This document shows positions 1 through 9,595 of a stretch of 37,585 nucleotides of DNA, piece by piece. Position numbers and translations under genes: made by a program. The DNA is from a virus. Taxonomy: Duplodnaviria; Caudoviricetes. Location: positions 1-37,585 of the IMG/VR virus record IMGVR_UViG_3300006191_000010, one strand, 5' to 3'. How positions within the stretch are numbered: position 1 is the stretch's first letter; every line of letters begins with the position of its first letter. The notes beneath the pieces are model-generated. The model was not told where the DNA came from. It worked only from the letters and a program-made list of their open reading frames with translations, and did not search any database.

Positions 1-2
1 TT

Positions 3-1187
3 AAAAAACTATACAATGCTTCAGACGTTACAAAAAGAAACAGAAATGGCCAGACAAAGTCTGGTTTATACTCTTTGTTTATCCCAATGGAATGGAACTA
101 CGAAGGATTTATTGATGAGTTCGGAATTCCAGTTTTCACTACTCCTGATGTCGATAGGTTCGACCCAAGCGGTGAACTGATAGATGTAGGTGTAATAGAT
201 AACTGGCAAAACGAAGTAGACGGTTTAAAAGATGACTCAGATGGTTTGAATGAATTTTACCGTCAGTTTCCAAGAACCACAGAGCATGCGTTTAGAGATG
301 AGACTAAAGGGAGTATATTTAACTTAGTAAAGTTGTACCAGCAAATAGATTACAACGAGGAGATGTCAAGTACTCTAGGTATTACACAAGGTAATTTCCA
401 GTGGGTTAATGGAGTTAAAGACTCTCAAGTTATATTTTATCCAGACAGAAAAGGTAGGTTTAAATTAAGCTGGGTTCCACCTTCTAGCATACAAAACAAT
501 GTTGTGCTTAAAAATGGTATTAGGTACCCAGGAAATGAACACATGGGTTCTTTTGGTTGTGATTCATACGATATATCAGGAACAGTAGATGGAGTAGGGT
601 CAAAGGGAGCTTTACACGGTTTAACTAAATTTAGTATGGAAGACGCTCCGGCTAACAACTTTTTCCTAGAATACTTATCAAGACCTCCAACAGCTGAGAT
701 GTTCTTTGAAGACGTTCTAATGGCTTTAGTATTTTACGGGATGCCAATATTAGCAGAGAACAATAAACCACGGCTTTTGTATTATTTAAGAAGAAGAGGG
801 TACAGAGGGTTTAGTATGAATAGACCTGATAAGTTATGGAACAAGCTGTCTGTAGCGGAAAAAGAAGTTGGTGGTATACCGAATTCAAGTGAGGACATAA
901 AACAAGCTCACGCAGCTGCTATTGAGATGTACATTCAAGATCACGTAGGTATTAAACAAGATGGAACGCACGGTGATTGTTATTTCAATGAACTATTAAA
1001 TGACTGGTGTAAGTTTGACATAAACAAAAGAACAAAGCATGATGCGTCCATAAGTTCTGGTTTAGCTATTATGGCAAATAATAGGCATTTATACAGGCCA
1101 AATGCAAAGGTAGAAAAACCAAAATTAAACATAAGTGTAGCCAGATACTCTAACAAAGGCATCGCTTCTAAGATAATAAAAGATTAA
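3..1187 (+). CDS. terL: Terminase large subunit, C-terminal part (5'-truncated)
   Basis: The frame is open from position 3 (KKLYNASDVTKRNRNGQTKSGLYSLFIPMEW), so the TTG at 75 is not the real start. It has RQFPRTTEHAFRDE, RNase H-like nuclease motifs FGCDSYD, ILAENNK and KHDASISSG, and lies directly before the portal. Confidence 0.9.
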   Translation, partial: KKLYNASDVTKRNRNGQTKSGLYSLFIPMEWNYEGFIDEFGIPVFTTPDVDRFDPSGELIDVGVIDNWQNEVDGLKDDSDGLNEFYRQFPRTTEHAFRDETKGSIFNLVKLYQQIDYNEEMSSTLGITQGNFQWVNGVKDSQVIFYPDRKGRFKLSWVPPSSIQNNVVLKNGIRYPGNEHMGSFGCDSYDISGTVDGVGSKGALHGLTKFSMEDAPANNFFLEYLSRPPTAEMFFEDVLMALVFYGMPILAENNKPRLLYYLRRRGYRGFSMNRPDKLWNKLSVAEKEVGGIPNSSEDIKQAHAAAIEMYIQDHVGIKQDGTHGDCYFNELLNDWCKFDINKRTKHDASISSGLAIMANNRHLYRPNAKVEKPKLNISVARYSNKGIASKIIKD

Positions 1188-1188
1188 T

Positions 1189-3585
1189 ATGAGGAATTTT
1201 CCAAATCAAATAGTTAGCGATGTAGAAAAAATAAGCTATGAGTATGGGCTCAAGGTAGCACAGGCTATTGAAGGTGAGTGGTTTGATGAAAACAATCAAA
1301 CTACGAGGTATGCTAGTAGCAGTAATAGTTTTCGTAATTTAAGGTTGTACGCTAGAGGCGAGCAGTCAGTTCAAAAGTATAAGGATGAGTTATCGATCAA
1401 CGGTGATTTGTCCTATCTTAATTTAGATTGGAAGCCTGTACCAATAATATCTAAGTTTGTAGACATAGTTACTAACGGTATGGCTAATAGAACTTACGAC
1501 ATAAAAGCTTATTCTCAAGATCCTTTTGGAGTTAGCAAAAGAACTGAGTACATGAATTCTATCATGGAGGACATGAGAAGTAAAGAGGTTAAGGATTTCG
1601 TGAAAGACAAGTTTAATTTAGATCTTTATATTAACGAACCCAGTTTACTTCCAGATTCTCAAGAAGAACTAGACTTACACATGCAGCTTAATTACAAGCA
1701 AGCTGTAGAAATAGCTGAAGAACAAGCTATAAATACTTTGCTGGAAGGTAATGATTATGAGTTAACTAAAAAAAGATTTTACTACGACTTAACGGTGTTA
1801 GGCATGGGTGCTGTTAAAACTTGCTTCAACACATCTGAAGGTGTAACGGTAGACTACGTTGACCCAGCAAACCTAGTTTACTCTCACTCTGACTCGCCTT
1901 ATTTTGATGACATATACTATGTTGGAGAAGTTAAGCAGATCCCTGTAAACGAACTCATAAAACAGTTTCCACACTTAACAACTGCGGATTTAGAGGAGAT
2001 CACTAAGAACAACGTGGTAAGAGACAGGTATAACATGTCAAAACGTACAAACAACGATTCTGATAAAAATAATATTAGCGTGTTGTACTTTAATTACAAA
2101 ACCTACATGAGCGAGGTTTATAAGTTAAAGGAGAGCGCTAGCGGAGGAGACAAAGCTATACCAAAAGACGATTCGTTTGAAGCTGTTGATACAGAAAACT
2201 TCACTAAAGAATCTAGGAAAATGGAGGTACTTTACGATGGCGCTTTAGTTTTAGGTACTAAAAAGCTTTTAAAGTGGGAGATGGCTAAGAACATGATGCG
2301 TCCTAAGAGTGATTTTACTAAGGTTAAGATGAACTACTCTATGTGCGCTCCTAGAATGTATGAGGGTAGAATTGATTCGTTAGTTAAAAGAATTACTGGC
2401 TTTGCAGATATGATCCAGCTTACGCACTTGAAAATACAACAAGTTATGTCTAGGATGACACCGGACGGTGTTTATTTAGATGCTGACGGCTTAGCTGAAA
2501 TAGATTTAGGTAATGGAACAAACTACAATCCACAAGAAGCTTTAAACATGTTTTTTCAGACAGGATCTGTTATTGGTAGATCTTTCACTCAGGATGGCGA
2601 TATGAATCCAGGTAAAATACCTATTCAAGAAATAACAAGTGGAGCGGGCGGACAAAAGCTTCAATCACTTATAGGGAACTACAACTATTACCTGCAAATG
2701 ATAAGGGATGTTACGGGTCTTAACGAAGCTAGAGACGCTGCTAATCCAGATCCAAAGGCTTTGGTTGGGGTTCAAAAGCTAGCTGCAGCAAACTCTAATA
2801 CAGCCACGAGGCACATATTACAAGGTGGTTTATTTATAACCAAAAACGTTACTGAGTGTTTATCGCTTAGAATATCTGATATCATAGAATACTCGCCAAC
2901 AAGAGAAGCTTTTATACAAGCTATAGGAGCTCACAACGTAGCAACGTTGACTGAAATGAGTGAACTGCATTTATATGATTTTGGTATATTTATAGAGCTA
3001 TCTCCAGACGAAGAAGAAAAAGCAATTTTAGAAAACAACATTCAAGTAGCTCTAGGACAACAGAACATCGAGTTGGAGGATGCGATTGACCTTAGGGAAA
3101 TACGAAACATAAAACTAGCTAATCAGCTTCTTAAAATCAGAAGAAAAAAGAAGGTTCAAAAAGATCAAAAGCTACAACAAGAAAACATGCAGGCTCAAGC
3201 CGAGGCCAACATACAACAACAAGAGTCTTCTGCTAAACTAGAAATAGAGAAAAACAAAGCAGTAGCGCAAACAGCTATATCTATAGAACAAGCAAAGTCT
3301 GGTTTTGAAATGGAAAAGTTAATACAAGAAGCTGAGATTAAAAAACAGTTAATGCAACTTGAGTTTGACTATAACATGCAATTAAAAATGGGCGAGGGTC
3401 AAGGTAAAGATAAGGCTGAAAAAGAAAAAGAAGACAGAAAAGATAACAGAACAAAAATCCAAGCATCCCAACAAAGTGAGATGATTGACCAAAGAAACAA
3501 CAATAAACCACCTAAAGATTTTGAATCTTCTGGTAACGACACTTTAGGAGGTCTTGGGGATATGTCAAGCTTTGGACCTAGATAA
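1189..3585 (+). CDS. Portal protein (crAss-like, 798 aa)
   Basis: LRLYARGEQS, LNLDWKPVPIISKFVD and IRDVTGLNEARD segments, a long C-terminal Q/E/K-rich coiled coil, and position after terL. Confidence 0.88.
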   Translation: MRNFPNQIVSDVEKISYEYGLKVAQAIEGEWFDENNQTTRYASSSNSFRNLRLYARGEQSVQKYKDELSINGDLSYLNLDWKPVPIISKFVDIVTNGMANRTYDIKAYSQDPFGVSKRTEYMNSIMEDMRSKEVKDFVKDKFNLDLYINEPSLLPDSQEELDLHMQLNYKQAVEIAEEQAINTLLEGNDYELTKKRFYYDLTVLGMGAVKTCFNTSEGVTVDYVDPANLVYSHSDSPYFDDIYYVGEVKQIPVNELIKQFPHLTTADLEEITKNNVVRDRYNMSKRTNNDSDKNNISVLYFNYKTYMSEVYKLKESASGGDKAIPKDDSFEAVDTENFTKESRKMEVLYDGALVLGTKKLLKWEMAKNMMRPKSDFTKVKMNYSMCAPRMYEGRIDSLVKRITGFADMIQLTHLKIQQVMSRMTPDGVYLDADGLAEIDLGNGTNYNPQEALNMFFQTGSVIGRSFTQDGDMNPGKIPIQEITSGAGGQKLQSLIGNYNYYLQMIRDVTGLNEARDAANPDPKALVGVQKLAAANSNTATRHILQGGLFITKNVTECLSLRISDIIEYSPTREAFIQAIGAHNVATLTEMSELHLYDFGIFIELSPDEEEKAILENNIQVALGQQNIELEDAIDLREIRNIKLANQLLKIRRKKKVQKDQKLQQENMQAQAEANIQQQESSAKLEIEKNKAVAQTAISIEQAKSGFEMEKLIQEAEIKKQLMQLEFDYNMQLKMGEGQGKDKAEKEKEDRKDNRTKIQASQQSEMIDQRNNNKPPKDFESSGNDTLGGLGDMSSFGPR

Positions 3586-3586
3586 A

Positions 3587-3617
3587 TTTATTAACTATTA
3601 TTATATTATATTATGGC
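3587..3617 (+). promoter_or_regulatory. Conserved AT-rich leader, copy 1: TTTATTAA-N4-TATTATATTATATT-ATGGC
   Basis: The same motif with the same spacing occurs at 6384-6414. The function is inferred. Confidence 0.5.
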
Positions 3618-4815
3618 AAAGAAAAAAGAAGAGCCAATCGCAAATGACGATACTGGCAAAATTAAAGTAAAAGAAAAAACAACAAAACAACCAGACAACA
3701 ATAAAACAGAAGGAGATGTTACTAAGGTTGAGGCTAAAATGAAAAAACCAGCTCAAATCACTGAGGAAACAATTACCAAGGTTAACATGAAGCAACCTGA
3801 TGAGGAAGTTGTAAGCGAGCCTGAAGCCGTAGAAGAAGTGTTAACTGTTAAAGAAAAAGTTGTGGAGCAAGAGGAAGTACCTGTTTTAGAAGAGGTTACT
3901 ACAGAACAGGAAACAGAGGAGGTAATTGAAGCTCCTGTTGAGGTTGAGAAAAACATCGAACAAAAGACCGTAGGTCAAGAACCTTTGTCTGATGACCTAT
4001 TAAAGTTAGTAAACTTTATGAAAGAAACAGGTGGTGACCTAACAGATTATGTAACTCTTAATCAGGATTACTCAGAACTAGACAATCACACCTTACTAAA
4101 AGAATATTATAAGTCTACAAAACCTCATCTAACCAGTGACGAAGTTGACTTCGTAATGGAAGATACCTTTGCTTACGACGAAGACGAAGATGATGATAGA
4201 GATATAAAAAGAAAAAAACTAGCCATGAAGGAGCAAGTTGCTCAAGCAAGGCAACACCTGGACGGTGTAAAGTCCAAGTACTATGAAGAAATCAAAGCTG
4301 GATCGAAACTCACGACAGATCAACAAGAGGCAATTGATTTTTTTAATAGATACAACCTGGAATCAGAAGAAAAGTACGAGCTAAGTAAAAAGCAAGCATC
4401 TATTTTTGAAAACAAAACTAATCAAGTTTTTAACGATAAATTCAAAGGTTTTGAATATAACGTCGGAGAAAAGAAATTTAGGTTTAATGTCAAGGATACA
4501 GCTAAGTTAAAAGAAACTCAAGGAGATATTAACAACTTCATCAAAAAGTTTTTGACCGAAGATAATACAATAGACGACGCGAGTGGATACCACAAAGGAC
4601 TTTTTACAGCAATGAACCCTGATCAAATTGCAAATCATTTCTACGAGCAAGGTAAGGCTGACGCTTTAAAAAACAGCATTGCTAAGTCCAAGAATGTTAG
4701 CATGGATCCTAGGCAAGTGCACGAAGGTGCTATTACCAACAACGGGTTTACCGTGCGTACTCTAAGTAACGATTCGGAAGATTTCCAATTTAAAATTAAA
4801 AACAAAAATAAATAA
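3613..4815 (+). CDS. Acidic protein between portal and capsid genes, putative scaffolding/head assembly protein
   Basis: E/V/K/T-rich low-complexity N-terminal third, helical remainder ending IANHFYEQGKADA. Function is inferred from position. Confidence 0.6.
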   Translation: MAKKKEEPIANDDTGKIKVKEKTTKQPDNNKTEGDVTKVEAKMKKPAQITEETITKVNMKQPDEEVVSEPEAVEEVLTVKEKVVEQEEVPVLEEVTTEQETEEVIEAPVEVEKNIEQKTVGQEPLSDDLLKLVNFMKETGGDLTDYVTLNQDYSELDNHTLLKEYYKSTKPHLTSDEVDFVMEDTFAYDEDEDDDRDIKRKKLAMKEQVAQARQHLDGVKSKYYEEIKAGSKLTTDQQEAIDFFNRYNLESEEKYELSKKQASIFENKTNQVFNDKFKGFEYNVGEKKFRFNVKDTAKLKETQGDINNFIKKFLTEDNTIDDASGYHKGLFTAMNPDQIANHFYEQGKADALKNSIAKSKNVSMDPRQVHEGAITNNGFTVRTLSNDSEDFQFKIKNKNK

Positions 4816-4835
4816 AAATTTAAAAAAACAAAATT

Positions 4836-6338
4836 ATGGCAATATCAAATCCCGGTGGTTTGTTAAACAGTGTACCTGCTCCTTTTAAGCAGACATTAGC
4901 AACAAACTACTTAGACCTTAACGGCGCAGCCGGATGGGGACAACAATACGTACCAGATCTTATGGAAAAAGAAGCTGAAGTTTTCGGACCGAGAACTATT
5001 TCAGGATTTCTTTCACAAGTAGGAGCTGAAGAAGCGATGACTGCTGACCAAGTTATTTGGTCTGAGCAAGGTCGTTTACATTTATCTTACAAAGCGACTG
5101 TCGCTGCTGGTAGTGGAGTAGCTATTGGAGCTGGTGGTGCTGCATCTTCAAGAATCACGCTTAATACTGATATCGATGGTAGAGCATTAAATGCTAAAGG
5201 TCACTCTATAAGAGTTAATGATACAGTAATTGTATCTGATTCTGCTAATGGTGTGGTTAAGTGTTTAGTTGGTGCTGTTGCGGCAACAACTATAGATGTA
5301 TCTCCTTACGCTAACGGTGCCGCTGCGCTATTAGTTGGACCTACTGCAGGATCAACAGTGTTAGTTTATGGTTCTGAATTTGGAAAAGCTGATAGCTACA
5401 GAAGCAATACTGGTACTGAGGTTAGTACTAAAGGAGCTAATGAGCCAGATTTCCATACATTCTCAAATAAACCAATCATCATGAAAGATTACTACGAAGT
5501 ATCTGGATCTGATGTTTCTAAAATTGGATGGGTTGAGATTACTTCTGAGGAAGGTGCTGCTGGATACATGTGGTACTTAAAAGCTGAGTCTGATACAAGA
5601 GCTCGTTTTAATGACTATATTGAAATGGCAATGTTAGAGGCTGAGAAAAATGATTCAACTTCTGATTTAGATGGATCTGCTTGGTTAAATGGAACTGCTG
5701 CTGGAGACGGTGTTGGTACTGAAGGTTTGTTCGCTGCTATTGAGTCAAGAGGTAATATTACTTCTGGTATCACTGGCGTGAATGCTGCAACTGATTTAGC
5801 TGAATTTGACGCTATCTTAGCAGAATTTGATTCTCAAGGTGCTATTGAAGAAAACATGATGTTTGTAAACAGAGCTACTTCGTTAGCGATGGATGACATG
5901 TTAGCTTCTATGAATTCTTACGGAGCTGGTGGTACTTCTTACGGAGTATTTGACAATTCTGAAGATATGGCATTGAACTTAGGTTTCTCTGGTTTCAGAA
6001 GAGGTTCTTACGACTTCTACAAGTCTGATATGAGATACTTAAATGACAAAGCTACAAGAGGTGGTATTAATGCTACTGCTGGAGCTAACGCTATCAGAGG
6101 TATCATGGTACCTGCTGGAACATCAACTGTTTATGACCAAATGTTAGGGAAAAACTTAAAACGTCCATTTTTACACGTTCGTTACAGAGCTTCTCAAACT
6201 GATGATAGAAAAATGAAATCATGGGTTACTGGTTCGGTTGGTGCTGCTACGTCTGCTTTAGATGCAATGCAGTTACATATGTTAACTGAAAGATGTTTAA
6301 TTACACAAGGTGCTAACAATTTCATGTTATTGAAATAA
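4836..6338 (+). CDS. Major capsid protein (crAss-like HK97 fold, 500 aa)
   Basis: WGQQYVPDL, IWSEQGRLH, NKPIIMKDYYEVSGSD, GTEGLFAAIESRG, LNLGFSGFRRGSYDFYK and PFLHVRYR. Codon usage is strongly skewed to GCT/GGT, and a terminator follows. Confidence 0.88.
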   Translation: MAISNPGGLLNSVPAPFKQTLATNYLDLNGAAGWGQQYVPDLMEKEAEVFGPRTISGFLSQVGAEEAMTADQVIWSEQGRLHLSYKATVAAGSGVAIGAGGAASSRITLNTDIDGRALNAKGHSIRVNDTVIVSDSANGVVKCLVGAVAATTIDVSPYANGAAALLVGPTAGSTVLVYGSEFGKADSYRSNTGTEVSTKGANEPDFHTFSNKPIIMKDYYEVSGSDVSKIGWVEITSEEGAAGYMWYLKAESDTRARFNDYIEMAMLEAEKNDSTSDLDGSAWLNGTAAGDGVGTEGLFAAIESRGNITSGITGVNAATDLAEFDAILAEFDSQGAIEENMMFVNRATSLAMDDMLASMNSYGAGGTSYGVFDNSEDMALNLGFSGFRRGSYDFYKSDMRYLNDKATRGGINATAGANAIRGIMVPAGTSTVYDQMLGKNLKRPFLHVRYRASQTDDRKMKSWVTGSVGAATSALDAMQLHMLTERCLITQGANNFMLLK

Positions 6339-6350
6339 GCACAATTTATT

Positions 6351-6390
6351 AAAGAACCGGGGCTTCGGCCTCGGTCCTTTTATTTTATTA
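6351..6390 (+). terminator. Intrinsic (rho-independent) terminator after the capsid gene
   Basis: Stem ACCGGGGC / GCCTCGGT (6356-6375) closing a cUUCGg tetraloop, flanked by AAAG/CTTT and followed by TTTTATTTTATT. Confidence 0.88.
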
Positions 6391-6414
6391 ATTTATATTA
6401 TATTATATTATGGC
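6384..6414 (+). promoter_or_regulatory. Conserved AT-rich leader, copy 2
   Basis: TTTATTAA-ttta-TATTATATTATATT-ATGGC, matching 3587-3617 outside the N4 spacer. Confidence 0.5.
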
Positions 6415-7267
6415 TAAAAAAGCTAACACAAAGAAAGTTGAGGTAGAACCTCAAATCGAAACAATGGAAGAAGTAGTTACAGAATTTATTGAAGAAACTG
6501 TAGTTGCAGAACCAAAAACAAGAGAAAGATTAAAACCAGCTAATGAGTGGGAAATAAAAGACAGGGTTTATTACTTGAAAAAAGGGCAAACACCGTTATC
6601 AAGATCTATTAAAGCTGCTGGTATATATTATTTTGACAAAGACTTAGGCTATGAAAGAGAGTTGAAATATTGCCAAAATCAAAAAACATCATTTGTTGAT
6701 GAAATGAAAGGAGATCAAAGATTAGAACATATTATTTTTAGATCTGGCAGTTTATTCGTGGCAAAAGAACAAACAGTCTTACAAAAATTATTATCATTAT
6801 ACCACCCGGATAGAGATACTGTTTACGAGGAGTACAAACCAGCTGCAATCGCTGCTGATGAAATTGACGTATTAAATATTCAAGTTGACGCTTTGATAGC
6901 GGCTAGAAATATAGATATAGATATGGCTGAAGCTATCATGCGTGTAGAGAAAGGATCTGAGGTGTCTCAGTTGAGTTCTAAGGAACTTAAAAGAGATTTA
7001 TTAGTATTTGCTCGAAACAATCCTAAGCTCTTCTTAGAACTAGCGGATGACGAGAATGTAATGCTGAGAAACTTTGGTATCAAAGCTGTTGAAAATGGAA
7101 TACTAAGATTATCTATTGATCAGAGAAACTTTTTGTGGGGTAGTAACGGAAGAAAGTTAATGGTTATACCGTTTGATGAGCATCCTTACACTGCTCTAGC
7201 ACACTGGTTTAAAACTGACGAGGGTATGGAGATTTACACTAACATTGAAAAAAGATTAAACGAATAA
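6410..7267 (+). CDS. Conserved phage protein downstream of the capsid gene (putative virion/head protein)
   Basis: 285-aa ORF with an acidic N-terminus, RELKYCQNQKTSFVDE, ELKRDLLVFARNNPKLFL and WFKTDEG. Function not assignable. Confidence 0.7.
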   Translation: MAKKANTKKVEVEPQIETMEEVVTEFIEETVVAEPKTRERLKPANEWEIKDRVYYLKKGQTPLSRSIKAAGIYYFDKDLGYERELKYCQNQKTSFVDEMKGDQRLEHIIFRSGSLFVAKEQTVLQKLLSLYHPDRDTVYEEYKPAAIAADEIDVLNIQVDALIAARNIDIDMAEAIMRVEKGSEVSQLSSKELKRDLLVFARNNPKLFLELADDENVMLRNFGIKAVENGILRLSIDQRNFLWGSNGRKLMVIPFDEHPYTALAHWFKTDEGMEIYTNIEKRLNE

Positions 7268-7274
7268 TCTAACT

Positions 7275-7311
7275 GTAGATGCGGTCGCTCTACGGGGCGA
7301 TCGTACACTAC
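7275..7311 (+). other. Intergenic RNA hairpin with a cUACGg (UNCG) tetraloop and no U-tract
   Basis: TGCGGTCGCTC-TACG-GGGCGATCGTA forms an 11-bp stem with three G-U pairs, plus an outer GTAG/CTAC helix. Confidence 0.7.
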
Positions 7312-7324
7312 TAAATTCAATTAT

Positions 7325-7486
7325 ATGAAAGAAAAATCAAAAGGTTTAGGCGACACTATAGAGAAAATAACAAAGGCAACTGGGATTAAGAAAGTTGTAG
7401 ACACGGTTAGCAAGGCTGTTAAAAAAGACTGTGGATGCGGGGCAAGAAAAGACACGTTAAATAGATTGTTTCCGTATAACAAATAA
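7325..7486 (+). CDS. Small basic 53-aa phage protein with a DCGC motif (absent from the ORF track)
   Basis: MKEKSKGLGDTIEKITKATGIKKVVDTVSKAVKKDCGCGARKDTLNRLFPYNK*. It fills the gap in the operon and resembles a small-protein type (GLGDT...TGIK...DCGC..R...LN) I recognise from aquatic phages. Confidence 0.85.
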   Translation: MKEKSKGLGDTIEKITKATGIKKVVDTVSKAVKKDCGCGARKDTLNRLFPYNK

Positions 7487-7495
7487 ATAATAAAA

Positions 7496-8197
7496 ATGGT
7501 AAATATAGACACGGTATATCAAAAAGTTTTAGTCTTTGCTAACAAAGAGCAGAGAGGGTACATAACACCACAGGAGTATAACTTATTTGCCAATCAAGCT
7601 CAGACTGAAATATTAAATCAGTATTTTTACGATATAAATCAGTTTGGCAGGGTTTCGGGTAATGACACGGAGTACTCGGACATGCTTAGCATTATACAAG
7701 AGAAGTTGAGTGAGTTAGAAGTGAGAGTTTTAAGTCGATTCGTTCCAGGTCACGGTAGGTATGACTATAGAACACTGATACCTGATCTTTACAAGGTAGG
7801 TACTGTTGTCAATAGTGACAATAACCAAGAGATAGAGCAAGTAAATAACAATGAGTTTCATAGTATGCAAGGGAGTCCACTAACTAAGCCTTCATTAGAA
7901 AGAGGTGTTTACGTTAATAGAATAGACGGGCTTAACATATACCCACGCCCAACAAGAATAGACATATCATATACTAGAATACCACCCTTGCCATCATGGG
8001 GATACGTTGTTATAGACGGTAAAGCATTATTTAATGACAATCCATTAAGAACAACACACTTTGCCCTACATGCATCAGAAGAAACTGAACTGGTTTATAA
8101 GATATTAAAATATGCTGGAGTAGCTATGAAGAGAGATGATATCTCACAAGCTGGTGCAGGTTTAGAAAAAACACAAGTTGAACAAGAAAAAATATAA
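7496..8197 (+). CDS. Tail tubular/ring (head-tail adaptor) protein
   Basis: NKEQRGYITPQEYNLFANQAQ N-terminus, PxWGY, and FALHASEETELVYKILKYAG C-terminus. Its position fits crAss-like ring proteins. Confidence 0.7.
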   Translation: MVNIDTVYQKVLVFANKEQRGYITPQEYNLFANQAQTEILNQYFYDINQFGRVSGNDTEYSDMLSIIQEKLSELEVRVLSRFVPGHGRYDYRTLIPDLYKVGTVVNSDNNQEIEQVNNNEFHSMQGSPLTKPSLERGVYVNRIDGLNIYPRPTRIDISYTRIPPLPSWGYVVIDGKALFNDNPLRTTHFALHASEETELVYKILKYAGVAMKRDDISQAGAGLEKTQVEQEKI

Positions 8198-8200
8198 TAA

Positions 8201-9592
8201 ATGGGATTATTAGACGGCACTACACAGCAAGAGTATTATAATAGCAGCGATTATGGTGGATACCAATTTACGTCTTTAAAAGATATAATAAACCAATTTA
8301 TGACCGTTTACGTTGGTGAGGATAAGATTATAGCGAAAGTAAAAAGAGTTGACGTGGCTTTTCATGCTCAAAGAGCTATGCAAGAATTATCTTTTGACGT
8401 ATTTAAGTCTTGTAAGGCTCAAGAAGTAGTAGTAACACCGTCGCTTCAAATGATACTCCCACAAGACTACGTTAATTATACAAAAGTTAGTTGGGTGGAT
8501 TCCGTTGGCATAAAACATTTGTTATACCCAACGAGTAAAACTTCAAATCCCTCGCCCTCGCTACCCGTAGATTCAGATGGAGAATTTACTTGGGAAATAA
8601 TAACTGTTGGCTCTCAAGTTAACGGTTCGACATTATTGTCAATGGATGCTGTTTACAGCAATATTAAAGTTGGTATGTTGATAAGTGGTATGGTTGGTAT
8701 TGATTCTGCCGCGACTGTTTCAGCGATTGACTATGATGCCGTAACGGGTTTTACTGAAATAACTATGAGTATTGCCGCTACGCATACTTTTTCGGGTGGA
8801 CAAGCTTACACCTTTACAAATGATGATGACTCTGCTATAGTTCCACTTGTCGAAGAGTTTTCAACCGGCCCTCATTGGAGAACACATATAGGTGATAATC
8901 ATATTGATGATTTTCCTGGCCCAGCTTTAAACGTAGATAAAATTAAAATTGGTATGCTAGCTAATATAGCTGGTTTCCCACCTGGAACCACTGTCATTGG
9001 GGTTAATCCAGCGCCAACAACAAACAATGGATATATTGGTAATGATGTTTCAATAGTGTGGCTGTCTAGTAGTTTCACGGGTTCAGTGGCAACTAGTTCA
9101 AACACACTTACTCTTTCCACGCCTTCAGAAGAAAGTACTCTTTCCACAACTTGGAAAAAGTTCAGATCAGGAACACCACCTGAGAACAAAAACAATAATC
9201 AAGACGAAGCTTACTGGCCAATGGATGGTAGTAGATATGGGTTGGACCCTCAGCACGCCCAGGTTAACGGATCTTTTTATATAGACTGTGTTTCTGGAAA
9301 AATCCATTTTAGCTCTAATATTATCGGTAAAACTGTGATCTTAGATTACATAAGCGATAGTCTTGGTACTGACGGTGAGATGCAAGTTCATAAGTTTGCT
9401 GAAGAAGCAATGTACAAGTGGATATCACACGCCGTTTTATCAGGCAGGGCTAACGTGCCAGAGTATCAAGTTAATAGGTTTAAAAAAGAAAGGTTTGCAG
9501 CAATAAGAAATGCTAAGTTAAGGCTTTCTAACATTAAACTAGAGGAAATTACTCAAATCTTAAGAGGTAAATCGAAACAAATAAAACACTAG
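8201..9592 (+). CDS. Second tail ring/structural protein with an internal beta-rich insertion
   Basis: Conserved-looking ends (FHAQRAMQELSFD, LPQDYVNY; ILDYISD, VHKFAEEAMY, RNAKLRLSNIK) flank an insertion of about 185 aa at about 8590-9140. Confidence 0.7.
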   Translation: MGLLDGTTQQEYYNSSDYGGYQFTSLKDIINQFMTVYVGEDKIIAKVKRVDVAFHAQRAMQELSFDVFKSCKAQEVVVTPSLQMILPQDYVNYTKVSWVDSVGIKHLLYPTSKTSNPSPSLPVDSDGEFTWEIITVGSQVNGSTLLSMDAVYSNIKVGMLISGMVGIDSAATVSAIDYDAVTGFTEITMSIAATHTFSGGQAYTFTNDDDSAIVPLVEEFSTGPHWRTHIGDNHIDDFPGPALNVDKIKIGMLANIAGFPPGTTVIGVNPAPTTNNGYIGNDVSIVWLSSSFTGSVATSSNTLTLSTPSEESTLSTTWKKFRSGTPPENKNNNQDEAYWPMDGSRYGLDPQHAQVNGSFYIDCVSGKIHFSSNIIGKTVILDYISDSLGTDGEMQVHKFAEEAMYKWISHAVLSGRANVPEYQVNRFKKERFAAIRNAKLRLSNIKLEEITQILRGKSKQIKH

Positions 9593-9595
9593 TCC

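Noticed and set aside
75-77. TTG start for the terminase
   Set aside because: The frame is open back to position 3, so the gene begins upstream of the window.
7275-7311. tRNA fragment or intrinsic terminator
   Set aside because: It is a single hairpin with no cloverleaf or T-loop, and no U-tract follows on the plus strand.
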